From NCBI GenBank assembly GCA_024626585.2, contig JANKJI020000004.1:180641474-180667759 (forward strand): 26,286 nt of DNA, given 5' to 3'. Under the pieces are notes generated by a model. That model made no database searches. It had not been told where the DNA came from and saw nothing but the letters and a program-made list of their open reading frames with translations. Of this stretch, positions 9,383 to 19,778 are shown in pieces. This DNA comes from Ginkgo biloba (taxonomy: Eukaryota; Plantae; Ginkgophyta). Position numbers and translations under genes: made by a program. Numbering within the stretch: position 1 is the stretch's first letter; each line of letters starts with the position of its first letter.

Positions 9383-10536
9383 ATCTTAGAAGGCTATAGA
9401 CAGTTGTTTACCCATAACTCCAACTTCTAATTCCGTATCTTTTTATATCTATCGTTGATAGAAATAAGACCTAATTCGATACGACATTATAACGAGTAGA
9501 AACCATTGGGTGCATAGTAGAAAATGGGACGAAGGAAGAAGTTTAGTTGACTACCAAGGAAGGGCAAGATTCAAGACGTGTGTCTGGGCCATCCATGGCC
9601 AAAACCTATGACTGTGGTTCGAATGTTGTGATGTTGTCTTCATCGTTTTTCTAAGCTCTTTCCTCCAAATTTCTTCCTTTCTCTTTTTCGTCACCGACAT
9701 GTATGCAAGATAGTTATTGGCATGCATTCCTTGGTATTTGTGTACCATAGGCAAATNNNNNNNNNNNNNNNNNNNNNNNNNNNNNNNNNNNNNNNNNNNN
9801 NNNNNNNNNNNNNNNNNNNNNNNNNNNNNNNNNNNNNNNNNNNNNNNNNNNNNNNNNNNNNNNNNNNNNNNNNNNNNNNNNNNNNNNNNNNNNNNNNNNN
9901 NNNNNNNNNNNNNNNNNNNNNNNNNNNNNNNNNNNNNNNNNNNNNNNNNNNNNNNNNNNNNNNNNNNNNNNNNNNNNNNNNNNNNNNNNNNNNNNNNNNN
10001 NNNNNNNNNNNNNNNNNNNNNNNATCTGTCATTGCATCGAATATTTTATAAAAAATAATTCAAATGAAAAGCAAAGTCATTATAAATTGTCAAAAAGCAA
10101 GGGGACCATTGCATATATTTCTCAAGCTATGCTACCAATGTTGTTGAGTGAATATTTGTCAAAAATTGTTTTATAGGATGAACAGCCACCCAACCGTTAA
10201 TTTCAACTCCGCAGCGGGGTCGGCAGTGTTTGAAATTGAAAAATTACTTTTTGACTCCAACATCCTCCTGAATCATCGCACAGTAAAATCAGACATTCAC
10301 GAGGATAGATTAAAAACCAGGAGGTGGTTGACAATTGTAAAATTGGGAAACTTTGTACAAACTGTTTGGTGAAGCATGCGACTGGCCCAAACGGTGTGGC
10401 CAATCACAAGTTGTATAATTTTACAGGCAAAATTGCAGTCCTAATCCTAAATAATTGATCTGATTCCTAAACAAGCCATCTGTGCCATCCCTTTGTGGCA
10501 GAAGGTTAAAAAATGTCAGCTACAGGGGATTACAAA

Positions 10537-11279
10537 TTAGTAATATAGTCTGGAGCTCCGAGATCGATACTGAGCCATGCCAATGCCAATCCCACTGTAC
10601 AGAGCCATTCTGTTGGGCGGGATGGTGGGCTTTGCCAAATACTGGAATTTTCTGGACACATCAGAAGGGCCTCCAGGTCGGCCAAGTGCAGAGGATGACG
10701 ATGAGTCGCTCCGTTTGGGCTGCGCTTGTGGAACGTTTGGGCTGCAGTTCTCCGTCTTCGCTTGGGCTCTCGGACCCGCTCTCATAGCCAACCTCTGCCT
10801 CCTTCGATACTCCTTGCTGTTGCCGCTTGGCTCCACCACGTCCTCCGAGAAGCGGACCTTCTTCTTAACACAGGGCTTCGGGGCGGCTGCTGTGGTACAA
10901 TATGTGTGTCTCAGAAATAAACAATATTCATATTGGTACAACACCTCTGCGTAAAGAATGAAGGATTTAAATGCAACCCACCTGAAGATACGGGAGAAGT
11001 CACCGAGATTTGCCCTGCGAACGCAAACGGCTTTCCAACCGAGATGGCTGTAACTTTCTTTCTTTCATCTCTTCTGCTCGCATAAGTCGGCAACAGACGC
11101 CTGCACCAAGGCTTGAATATAAAAGTAAGCGCGTCCTCTTGTGATTGACATGAATCCTGCAAATTCTTTTTCAGAAGCAACAACTTTTGACGGCCGAGAG
11201 CCAACAGCATGACGCTGCCAGATACAGCTATAACGGTGATTAGCCCAATTCCCCCCTGGGAGCTCAACATGGCTGTCAT
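10537..11279 (-). CDS. Uncharacterised plant-specific protein with an N-terminal transmembrane anchor; two exons, join(11279..10982, 10889..10537), about 216 aa
   Basis: Exon 1 reads MTAMLSSQGGIGLITVIAVSGSVMLLALGRQK...SPVSS. Exon 2 reads AAAPKPCVKKKVRFSEDVVEPSGNSKEYRRR...IPPNRMALYSGI...RLYY*. Together they match a recognisable plant family pattern (SQG...A.AVSG..IL / KK.V.FA.DV.EP.GN..EYRR / MP.NR.ALY.GI). The donor CAG|GTGGGT and acceptor CAG| join in frame (phase 1). An alternative start at 11270 is possible. Confidence 0.88.
10890..10981 (-). other. 92-nt GT-AG intron with tandem CAGCAG (NAGNAG) acceptor
   Basis: The minus strand reads TCAG|GTGGGTTG...TTGTACCACAG|CAG|CCG. The intron is more AT-rich than the exons, and its removal joins the two conserved ORF halves in frame. 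Confidence 0.8.
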
Positions 11280-11543
11280 CGCGTTGCAGAAGAAGCAGCC
11301 CAACTCCTCAAATGTGGACGAACATGATGCCTGTTTCGTTGCTTTACATAGAATTTTGCTTTCCGTCGGCTTCGTCCAAGGTGGTTGTTGATGTGTGTGT
11401 CTTTACTGGCATGTTATTGTGGAGAATTGCCATCCGGACAATGCATTGTTTGCACGGCCGATTCTCTGTGAAAAGGGGTTGTGAAGATGGCAATTGGCAA
11501 GTGGTGTGAATGGAGCAAAAGGTACAAAACCATCAAGTTCCCC

Positions 11544-11562
11544 CTCTCTCTCTCTCTCTCTC
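11544..11562. repeat. (CT)9/(GA)9 microsatellite, possible GAGA element in the promoter or 5' region of the minus-strand gene
   Basis: CTCTCTCTCTCTCTCTCTC lies about 265 bp upstream of the 11279 ATG. Confidence 0.8.
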
Positions 11563-11599
11563 ATATGTCCAACACCCTATCCGCTCCATAATAGGAGAG

Positions 11600-11840
11600 C
11601 TGTTCAGAGGGACGTGGCTCCTTGTGAATGGTCATTTGATATATCCCAAATTAATCGATGCTAATTAATCTCTGACACCTCACCACGTAGGCCTTTGGAC
11701 GGCTTCTGGATGCCTCTGCCCACCGGATGGGATGGGGTTGGGATTGAAAGGCCCCACTCCCAGTTTATTCCAATCTTGCAGGCACGAAAGCATCGCCAAC
11801 TTACAAGTGGCACCCTCACCTTCTCACGGCTGACGTCTGC
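11600..11840 (-). promoter_or_regulatory. Putative promoter region of the minus-strand gene with ACGT-core and TCP-like motifs
   Basis: CpG-rich segment with GACGTGG (~11611), CCACGTAG (~11683), GGCCCCAC (11750-11757, class I TCP consensus GGNCCCAC) and TGACGT (~11831). No canonical TATA was seen. Confidence 0.35.
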
Positions 11841-12820
11841 CGCTACCTGTCATTACCGGTATTCTGCGCCGAGTTTATTGTCGTGCGGCTCCTGCCCACT
11901 TTTTGTTATTATTGATGTCTACACGCTCTCTCAATTCTTGCCCCGGCGTTATGACAAACACGAAATATGCCGCGCTTCTCATTTTTAGGTTGCGTATCTC
12001 CCATTAAATTTCAACATTCAATAGCCCACTGCCATTTCACCCCTCCACCGATCGCTTCAGGGAGCATATCCTATTTTAGTGTTGCCAATGCCCTCTTATG
12101 CTCGTGGAGTGCACGGGACATGCGTACGGAGCTCGTTTGAATGTTCGGGAAGACTTCTCTTCTTCACCAATTTTGAGGGTAAATGGTTATTGAATTTCTA
12201 TATGTAGGGTTTGGAAGGTTGCGTTNNNNNNNNNNNNNNNNNNNNNNNNNNNNNNNNNNNNNNNNNNNNNNNNNNNNNNNNNNNNNNNNNNNNNNNNNNN
12301 NNNNNNNNNNNNNNNNNNNNNNNNNNNNNNNNNNNNNNNNNNNNNNNNNNNNNNNNNNNNNNNNNNNNNNNNNNNNNNNNNNNNNNNNNNNNNNNNNNNN
12401 NNNNNNNNNNNNNNNNNNNNNNNNNNNNNNNNNNNNNNNNNNNNNNNNNNNNNNNNNNNNNNNNNNNNNNNNNNNNNNNNNNNNNNNNNNNNNNNNNNNN
12501 NNNNNNNNNNNNNNNNNNNNNNNNNNNNNNNNNNNNNNNNNNNNNNNNNNNNNNNNNNNNNNNNNNNNNNNNNNNNNNNNNNNNNNNNNNNNNNNNNNNN
12601 NNNNNNNNNNNNNNNNNNNNNNNNNNNNNNNNNNNNNNNNNNNNNNNNNNNNNNNNNNNNNNNNNNNNNNNNNNNNNNNNNNNNNNNNNNNNNNNNNNNN
12701 NNNNNNNNNNNNNNNNNNNNNNNNNNNNNNNNNNNNNNNNNNNNNNNNNNNNNNNNNNNNNNNNNNNNNNNNNNNNNNNNNNNNNNNNNNNNNNNNNNNN
12801 NNNNNNNNNNNNNNNCAAGT

Positions 12821-12972
12821 GGGCCCTAAGTATGCCCAATGAAAGGAATGGACAAAGAATGTGGTTTCCTCATGAGACATGCTTATACTTTAAGTCTAGA
12901 CTAATGGTGATGGGATGAGAATATTCTTGAGCTTCTAAGAGTAGTAACCAATAAAATTCAAGTGTGGCCCCA
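12821..12972 (+). repeat. Left copy of a ~150-bp inverted repeat pair (partner 19630-19778)
   Basis: 12873-12895 TGAGACATGCTTATACTTTAAGT is the exact reverse complement of 19702-19724. The flanking AGAATAT.CTTGAGCTTCTAA..TA.TAACCAATA and C.ATGAAAG..TGG..AGAATG also align. Confidence 0.85.
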
Positions 12973-13106
12973 TGAAAAATAAAAACTATAAATATGATAT
13001 TTGACTCATCATATACTTAGTGAGAAGAAACTGACAAAATATGTAGGAGAAATCATTTTCATCGAAGGTGAGCAAAGTTTTAAAATGATATCCTTGGAAA
13101 GGCCGC

Positions 13107-13334
13107 CTTTAGTAACACAAACTTCTATTTGCAGAGCTTTGTTTAATACGAGCCAACCAACTTCTCAGGGTCTAAGAAAATGGCTGGAAAAGTGGCCTTG
13201 AAGCTAATATGTTACCTTTTCTTTACTAACACAAACTTCTATTTATAGAACTTTGTTTAATACAAGCCAACCAATTTCTTAAGGTCTAAGAAAATGGTTG
13301 AAAAAGAGACCTTCATGTTAATAAGTTATCTTTT
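13107..13334. repeat. Tandem duplication, 2 x 114 bp
   Basis: CTTTA(G/C)TAACACAAACTTCTATTT...CTTTGTTTAATAC.AGCCAACCAA.TTCT...GGTCTAAGAAAATGG.TG.AAAAG starts at 13107 and 13221. Confidence 0.92.
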
Positions 13335-14084
13335 TTGAAAGTTTTCTCTATATAAGTATCAATATTAAAAGAGTCATAATCTATCAATAAATAATGATTC
13401 CATAGAGATGAAGATTTAAAATGCCCATTTGCTTGGAAAAGTGGATATATGTTCAATTAACCAAATGTTATTTTTATCTTCCTTATTAAAGTTTTACTTT
13501 TTGTAAGCATAAGTAACTTTCTTATCAATAATGATTATTCTAACACTTGCACTACATTTAAAATGGAAGTAAAAGGCAAATTCCATTATTGTAATATCCA
13601 CCGACATATGATGTTGACAAGATGTTTATTTCCTAAACAAGCAATCAAATTAAAACATAGCATTGTTAACTCCTCTTGCATGTAAAAGACTACTAGAGAA
13701 ATGATTTATATTCTTGATTGGAGTTTTGGAAATACTAAGATCTATTAACATAATTATATCTGTGTTATGTTATTAATAAGTTCTTCTTTCTCCATAATTT
13801 CTTAAGGACTACATTATATTAAGTTATTTTTGTAATGGGATGTATATGAATATGCTTATGGATTGGAAATAAAAGTAGATCGTTGCACATATTTAGAAAG
13901 TCCCTAGTAGGATGATTTACTCTAATAAAAAATATAATATTGATAAAGACATTTAAGACATATGCATAATCAAATGGAAAAGGAACGTCATATTTATTGA
14001 ATAATTACAAGGGTAGTGCATCTTTGAATCATAATAATACATATAAAATGCATGGTTTAACGATTTGGAGGGAAACATAATGTT

Positions 14085-14435
14085 TTATGACCATTATTAG
14101 GATATTAAGTATTTCATCTAATTTTTTATTTATAAAGAGAAAATATAAATTTATTTAGTGGAGAATCTTTACGCCTAAATTCCTTGGTCGTGGATCCTAT
14201 AATTAAAAAACATCATTGAAAATAAGTTAAATTTGTCCATTTTAGGGGAAATGGATCTTTATAAGGATAATATTAAGTGTTTTCATGTAATTATTACAAG
14301 TATAATTAAAATATGAAGTTGCTATGAGTGAAATTCCTCGATACTCAATTTCATGGGTGGTTTTTACTTGACATATAAGAAATCATACAAAACATGCTAA
14401 ATTTATCCATTTTAGGTGAAATGGAGCTTTTACAA
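14085..14435. repeat. Highly degraded ~170-bp tandem duplication
   Basis: AATTT(G/A)TCCATTTTAGG(G/T)GAAATGGA.CTTT at ~14230 and ~14400, and ATATTAAGT.TTTCAT.TAATT at ~14102 and ~14270. Confidence 0.6.
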
Positions 14436-16479
14436 TTATAAATACCCAATTTTTAGATGAGTGGGGTTTAAATTTATTTAGGAAGGAAGTATTCAACATT
14501 AATTTCCATAAGAGGTGTGTTCTAAAAGATGTCTTTTGTTGATCCTAAATTCTAATGGAAATTTGATAATATCCATATCATAGATCAATATTTGAGAAGT
14601 AACTTTCCNNNNNNNNNNNNNNNNNNNNNNNNNNNNNNNNNNNNNNNNNNNNNNNNNNNNNNNNNNNNNNNNNNNNNNNNNNNNNNNNNNNNNNNNNNNN
14701 NNNNNNNNGTTGAATCACCCATCACTTCTTGGATTCTATTTTTCCTTAAATTATTTCTCCATTCTCCACTTTAGTGCATTCCATTCACTTCCTTCCTGGT
14801 AGTCTTTCTAGTGCATTGTTGCCTAAAAATGTATTCTATTATGTCCTGGTTAGACATTATACCATTCGAAATCTCTCATTCCATTTTCTGATCAAGAAAG
14901 AACATGCGATGGGGTAAACATTAAGGGTGCTATCACTGTTTAGAATTGACCCATGAGTTTTCTTCACTCAGACATCTATCACCTACGTGTTCTTTTTTGA
15001 TTTGAAATTCACTTTGTCTTCTATCTTCTTAATCTCTCCCTTCGAATATCCAAGGCTTATAACTCTTTTTAGATACACATTAAAATTCCTTATTTAGAGC
15101 CTTTTTCTTCCTCTAATGAAAAATCTCTAGATTTTCTTGGTCTTTTCCACACCCTGACGCATGTACAATATCTTTTGATATTATTTGATGTCTTCATTAT
15201 CCCCAATAGCAACACAAAAATGGTGGTCGTTTCTTAATAATCATCCATAAATTATCAAATTGAGAGTTCACTAACTTATGACAATAAAGGAGGCAAGAAA
15301 CCTACTCTACTAGTCTATTCAAAAGATAATAAACTCTAATCTACAAGGATCACAAACTTTAAAATTGAAAAGATAAAGCCTATAATTACTTGGGCAGAAA
15401 TGAAACAAAAGTAAAACTTCTAACTCTACTCTTCTTACACTATGAATCTATGTACTCAAGAATTAAAACTATACCTAATTATTAAATGCTAACAAAAATT
15501 CCTATATACGGGTATAACTAGTAGTTATTAACATCAATAGGGGACCTTTTGCAAATACTAACAATTGTTGTAATGGTCTTGAATCACCAAAATTGTCCAC
15601 TTTCATTATTACATTCATTAAGTATTTATACATCTTATTATCATGTCAATTTAACTATCCACAACTAACTGGAATAGTTAAAGTTACATCATAACTAAAA
15701 AATACATATATCATTAGTTCCAGTCACATACTAACTGGGAAGTATACTACATTCTAGTGACTAGCAATTACCAGTCACCAAGTTACTAGTAGATGCATTT
15801 GAACTTAGTCACTAACATGATTTATTATACGTGCACTATAAGGAAATAAATTCAAAAGGGTAAAATAGAAATGTCATTAACATGTTTAGGAGATCGATTT
15901 GATCTTGAAATCATACTCCTTCAGTCAGCAACCTTTAGTACCATACTCACCAAAATAGCCAAATTGTGATAAGTGAAATATTCACTTAACAATCGTAAAC
16001 TAGTTTCCTAATTTGAAGTATATGTTTATGATTGTGAGGTTGAACTTTACTTGGACATCATCCTAACATTGAATATTAAATGAAGGAAAGAAGAAGAGTG
16101 GAAAAGAATGATCACTAAAAAAGAAGAACAAAATGAGGAACAAATCAATCAACCATATTCAAGTGCAAGACAAAAATTTTGGTAAATATTATATCTAATG
16201 GAGAAAATGCCAACATGTTTGTCATCAATCATGCATGAATTTACAATTGAAAAGAAGATGTTTATTTCATTTGAAGATGACAAAACTTCTTGAGATAACA
16301 TATTACTTTACAAGCCAAAATGACATTCTTACCCTTGGCCCAAATAGATTAACAACTATTTTATGGATTGTCAATAAAGTCTCATGGAGAAATAATGCAT
16401 GGGCCCTTATTACAATGAGAAGATGTGCATGTATGTCACACTAGGGAAAGGGTTTTGAATAATCAAAAGACTATGTTTA

Positions 16480-17030
16480 TTAAAGAACATTCACATGGAA
16501 TCATGAATAATATGAGCACATATGGGATTTTGAAGAGGTATTTACATTATTAGGTCTTGAATATTAAGGATAGAAAGATGTTGTGAACCTAATTCATAAC
16601 ATAGGGCCATGGCATAGAAAACCCCTAAAAGGCCAAGAAGACTAGAAAAAAAGTTTTAAGACTACCTAGGCAAGAGGGAAGGAGGGTGCCTTTAAATCAA
16701 GGTAGTGGTCCACTGTAGGTAATTTTTATAGAATCAATAGATGTAGGTTCCTTACAATGCAAGTCATATTAAATTGGTATATAAACAAGCCATAGATTTA
16801 TCCTTTGAGAATCAACAATTGAGTTTGTTATTTGAAGTAGTATTCTTATCCAAGAAGAAGGCATAATAGAAGGAGGGATTTCAAACATATTTCATTTTTA
16901 TGACTTTGAATTACCTTATGATCTTGATCTAATTGTATTATATTAACTAGTAGGTGTAGTCCTTTAATCTATTTGACATTATTCCTACATGCAATATTCT
17001 ATATTATGTATAAATCATGTATTTATATTA
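16480..17030 (+). mobile_element. Possible very degenerate Ty3/gypsy RT-connection/RNase H remnant
   Basis: FTWNHE*..YGILKRYL (~16490, with a frameshift; F.W..EQ..AF..LK-like) and YDLDL...*HY...ILCINH (~16917-17017; YDLEL...RHYL...TDH-like). Confidence 0.3.
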
Positions 17031-17411
17031 GTCATTAGTAATTTCCTATCACATTTAATTATATGTGGTACTAAATTCATGTAATGGTCACAAGATAAGA
17101 ATCAACCTATATCCATTCAAAATTAGTGTATAAAAAGGATGGATATTAAGGAAGGAAGGGCATCATTTAACTTCACTTAATTCCACATATATATTAGAAC
17201 ATTAAGGAATGATGTAGATAGGACATAAAAGAGAATGCCAAGTAAATTTTTGAGGTAAAGTAGAACCTCACAAATAAGATTATGAGCCTCACTAGCAAGC
17301 AAGATAAATAGGTCAATTCTTATAGAGTGGTAGTACTGCATAAAGAAATTGACTCATCAATAATAGAAAAATGAACCAATTTATCATGGGTCATGGATAG
17401 GAAAAGTCAAG

Positions 17412-17709
17412 GTAAGGGAGATTTTTTGCCACCCTTGATTTCCTTTCTCCCTTGGTCGGTTAGGGAGAGATATTGCACCCAAGACAAGGGGGCAGATTCA
17501 CCTCCCTTGGTTGGCTATATCCCTTAGTCAGTTGCCTCCCTTAGTCGGTCAGGCAACGATATTGCACCTAGGACAAGGGAGCAACTTCACCTCCCTTGCT
17601 CACCTTTCTCCCTTAATCGATTATCTCCCTTGGTTAGTTATATTCTTCAGTTAGTCAGGGAGCACTTCATCTCCTTTGATTGCCTTCCTCCCTGGGTCGA
17701 TTAGGGAGC
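17412..17709. repeat. Second array of the CTCCCTT/AAGGGAG repeat family (related to 7593-8070), truncated by a gap
   Basis: Units AGGGAG.GATATTGCACC(C/T)A(A/G)GACAAGGG(A/G)GCA.(A/C)TTCACCTCCCTTG with many CTCCCTT(G/A)GTC motifs. Confidence 0.8.
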
Positions 17710-19413
17710 NNNNNNNNNNNNNNNNNNNNNNNNNNNNNNNNNNNNNNNNNNNNNNNNNNNNNNNNNNNNNNNNNNNNNNNNNNNNNNNNNNNNNNNNNNN
17801 NNNNNNNNNCAACTAGGGGAAAATTGTCAAGCATAACAATAATTTTAAACTCATAATAGCTCCCTAGGCAATTGGGCAACATAACAATGCAATTCTCAAG
17901 TCTCCTCAAGCCTTCACATTCCCTTGTATTTAAAGAGAAATTCAAAGGAATGGAAGATTCCTTGTAGATTTGATCAAAAGTATAAAATTATGAATAGATA
18001 ATGTAAGCTAATATATTCTAGGGAAAAAGAGAATTGATTTCAAGTGAAATAGTTGAGAAAATAGTTAGGATAAGGCCCAGTCATGAGAAAAATTGATGTT
18101 CTATAAGATGAGTCAATATTATATTTTTTCATGCCTGCATAGAGGTTTACCATGTAAGTGTTATCTAGCCATAGTTTACCATGTAAATACATGCTCATAG
18201 AGTGCGCACTGACGTAATAATGAGGAAATAATACACACATACTCATTAATAGGAAAATTGACCAAAAATATAAGGATAAAAAGACAAAAAATATAGCTTA
18301 GAGTAGAAGGAAACAACATCTTAAGATCTTAAAGAAATGTAGAGAATGAGTTTGCTTTATTTTATTAAATAATGAGAAAAAATATTCACTTATGGGGTGC
18401 GTGCCATTGGGCACTATTGTTCAAATTATAAATTACAGCACATAGGAGTTCTATGTGAGCTCCTAGTATAAGGATATACACTAATCCATAAAATCTTGAT
18501 TACACATCCTGTCATGTAAACATCCTTAGCCATATGAGAATATAACCAATGATTCTCAACCAAAAAAGTAGTTTTACCAATGGATATAATATATGTACCA
18601 TAATAATAAGTAATATCATCAACAAAATAAATCTTCCACCCATCCTATAGAAAATCACCATCCTTATTAATGTCATCAAGTGCCTTATTATAAAAAATAT
18701 CAAAGCTATGTAATAATAATCTAATTTTTCTCCATATCTCATGGCATCTCCTTGTGCCATTCCATCATCATGATGCTCATAAAGGATATCATCACTCCTC
18801 TTTGAGCCCTCAATAGANNNNNNNNNNNNNNNNNNNNNNNNNNNNNNNNNNNNNNNNNNNNNNNNNNNNNNNNNNNNNNNNNNNNNNNNNNNNNNNNNNN
18901 NNNNNNNNNNNNNNNNNATATAAATGAAATAGAAATCATTTCATAAGTAGTCTTTGCATGAAAGAGAAGTCAAAACTTGCTAGTTTTTTATTTGATTGCT
19001 TGTTTATAAGCTAAAGATCTAGTCAACATCATATGTTGGTGGGTGTTGCAATAACTAAATTTGCCTTTCGGTTCCACTTTCTATGTAATGCAAGTTTGGA
19101 ACAATCACGGTTGATTATAAAGTTACTTATGCTCATAAAAAGCAAAACTTTAATAAGGAAGCTCTTTTAAAAAAGCATTTCCTTAATTAGAAATCTATCT
19201 ACTTTTTTAAGTAAATGGGAATTTTAAATGTTCTCCTCTCCATGGAATCATTACTTATGTACAAATTATTACACTCTTTCAATATTGATATTTATATAGA
19301 GAGCATTAAACAAAAGGTAAATGATGGTGTTCATATTTCGAGGCCACTCTTCCGGCCATTTCCTTAGACTCCTAAGAAATTGGTTGGCTCTTATTAAAAA
19401 GAGTTCAACTAAT

Positions 19414-19481
19414 AGAGGGGAGGGAATTTTAATGTCGTAAAAACAATTCCAAGGGGCACAATAAGCGCATCTGACTTATTA
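19414..19481 (+). repeat. Dispersed fragment of the ~300-bp repeat at 8684-9382
   Basis: AGGGAATTTTAATGTCGTAAAAACAATTCCAAGGGGCACAATAAGCGCATCTGACTTATTA versus AGGGATTTTAATGTTGTAGAAATAATTCTAAGGCACACACAAGATGCATCCAACTTATTA. Confidence 0.7.
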
Positions 19482-19629
19482 ATTGAAGGCGACATTTTCA
19501 AGGATATCATTTTGAAGCTTTTGATCACCTTCCATGAAAATGATATCTTGTGCACATTTTGACCCTTTCTTCTTGTTAGATATAAGACTAGTGGAATATC
19601 ATATTCATAGATTGTGTTTATTATTATTG

Positions 19630-19778
19630 TGTGGACACAATTAACTTCTATTGGTTAGTAGTATTAGAAGCTCAAGCATATTCTTATGACAGCACGATAA
19701 CACTTAAAGTATAAGCATGTCTCACGAGGATGACCCCATTCTACACCCACTACTTTCATGGGGTATTCTTAGAGGACT
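19630..19778 (-). repeat. Right copy of the ~150-bp inverted repeat pair (partner 12821-12972)
   Basis: The reverse complement aligns collinearly with 12821-12972, including a 23-nt perfect block. Confidence 0.85.

Noticed and set aside
9552-9737. Possible miRNA hairpin (TACCAAGGAA / TTCCTTGGTA)
   Set aside because: Only 10 bp pair, the stem does not extend, and it matches no miRNA family I recognise.
10577-10954. 125-aa plus-strand ORF
   Set aside because: Antisense shadow of GC-rich exon 2 of the minus-strand gene; no recognisable domain.
10911-11303. Treating the two ORF-track entries (10911-11303 and 10537-10944) as separate genes
   Set aside because: They are exons of one gene; their TTG starts and intron read-through portions are artefacts.
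15250-15532. Possible solo LTR ending TTAACA
   Set aside because: No partner, TSD, PBS or PPT identifiable.
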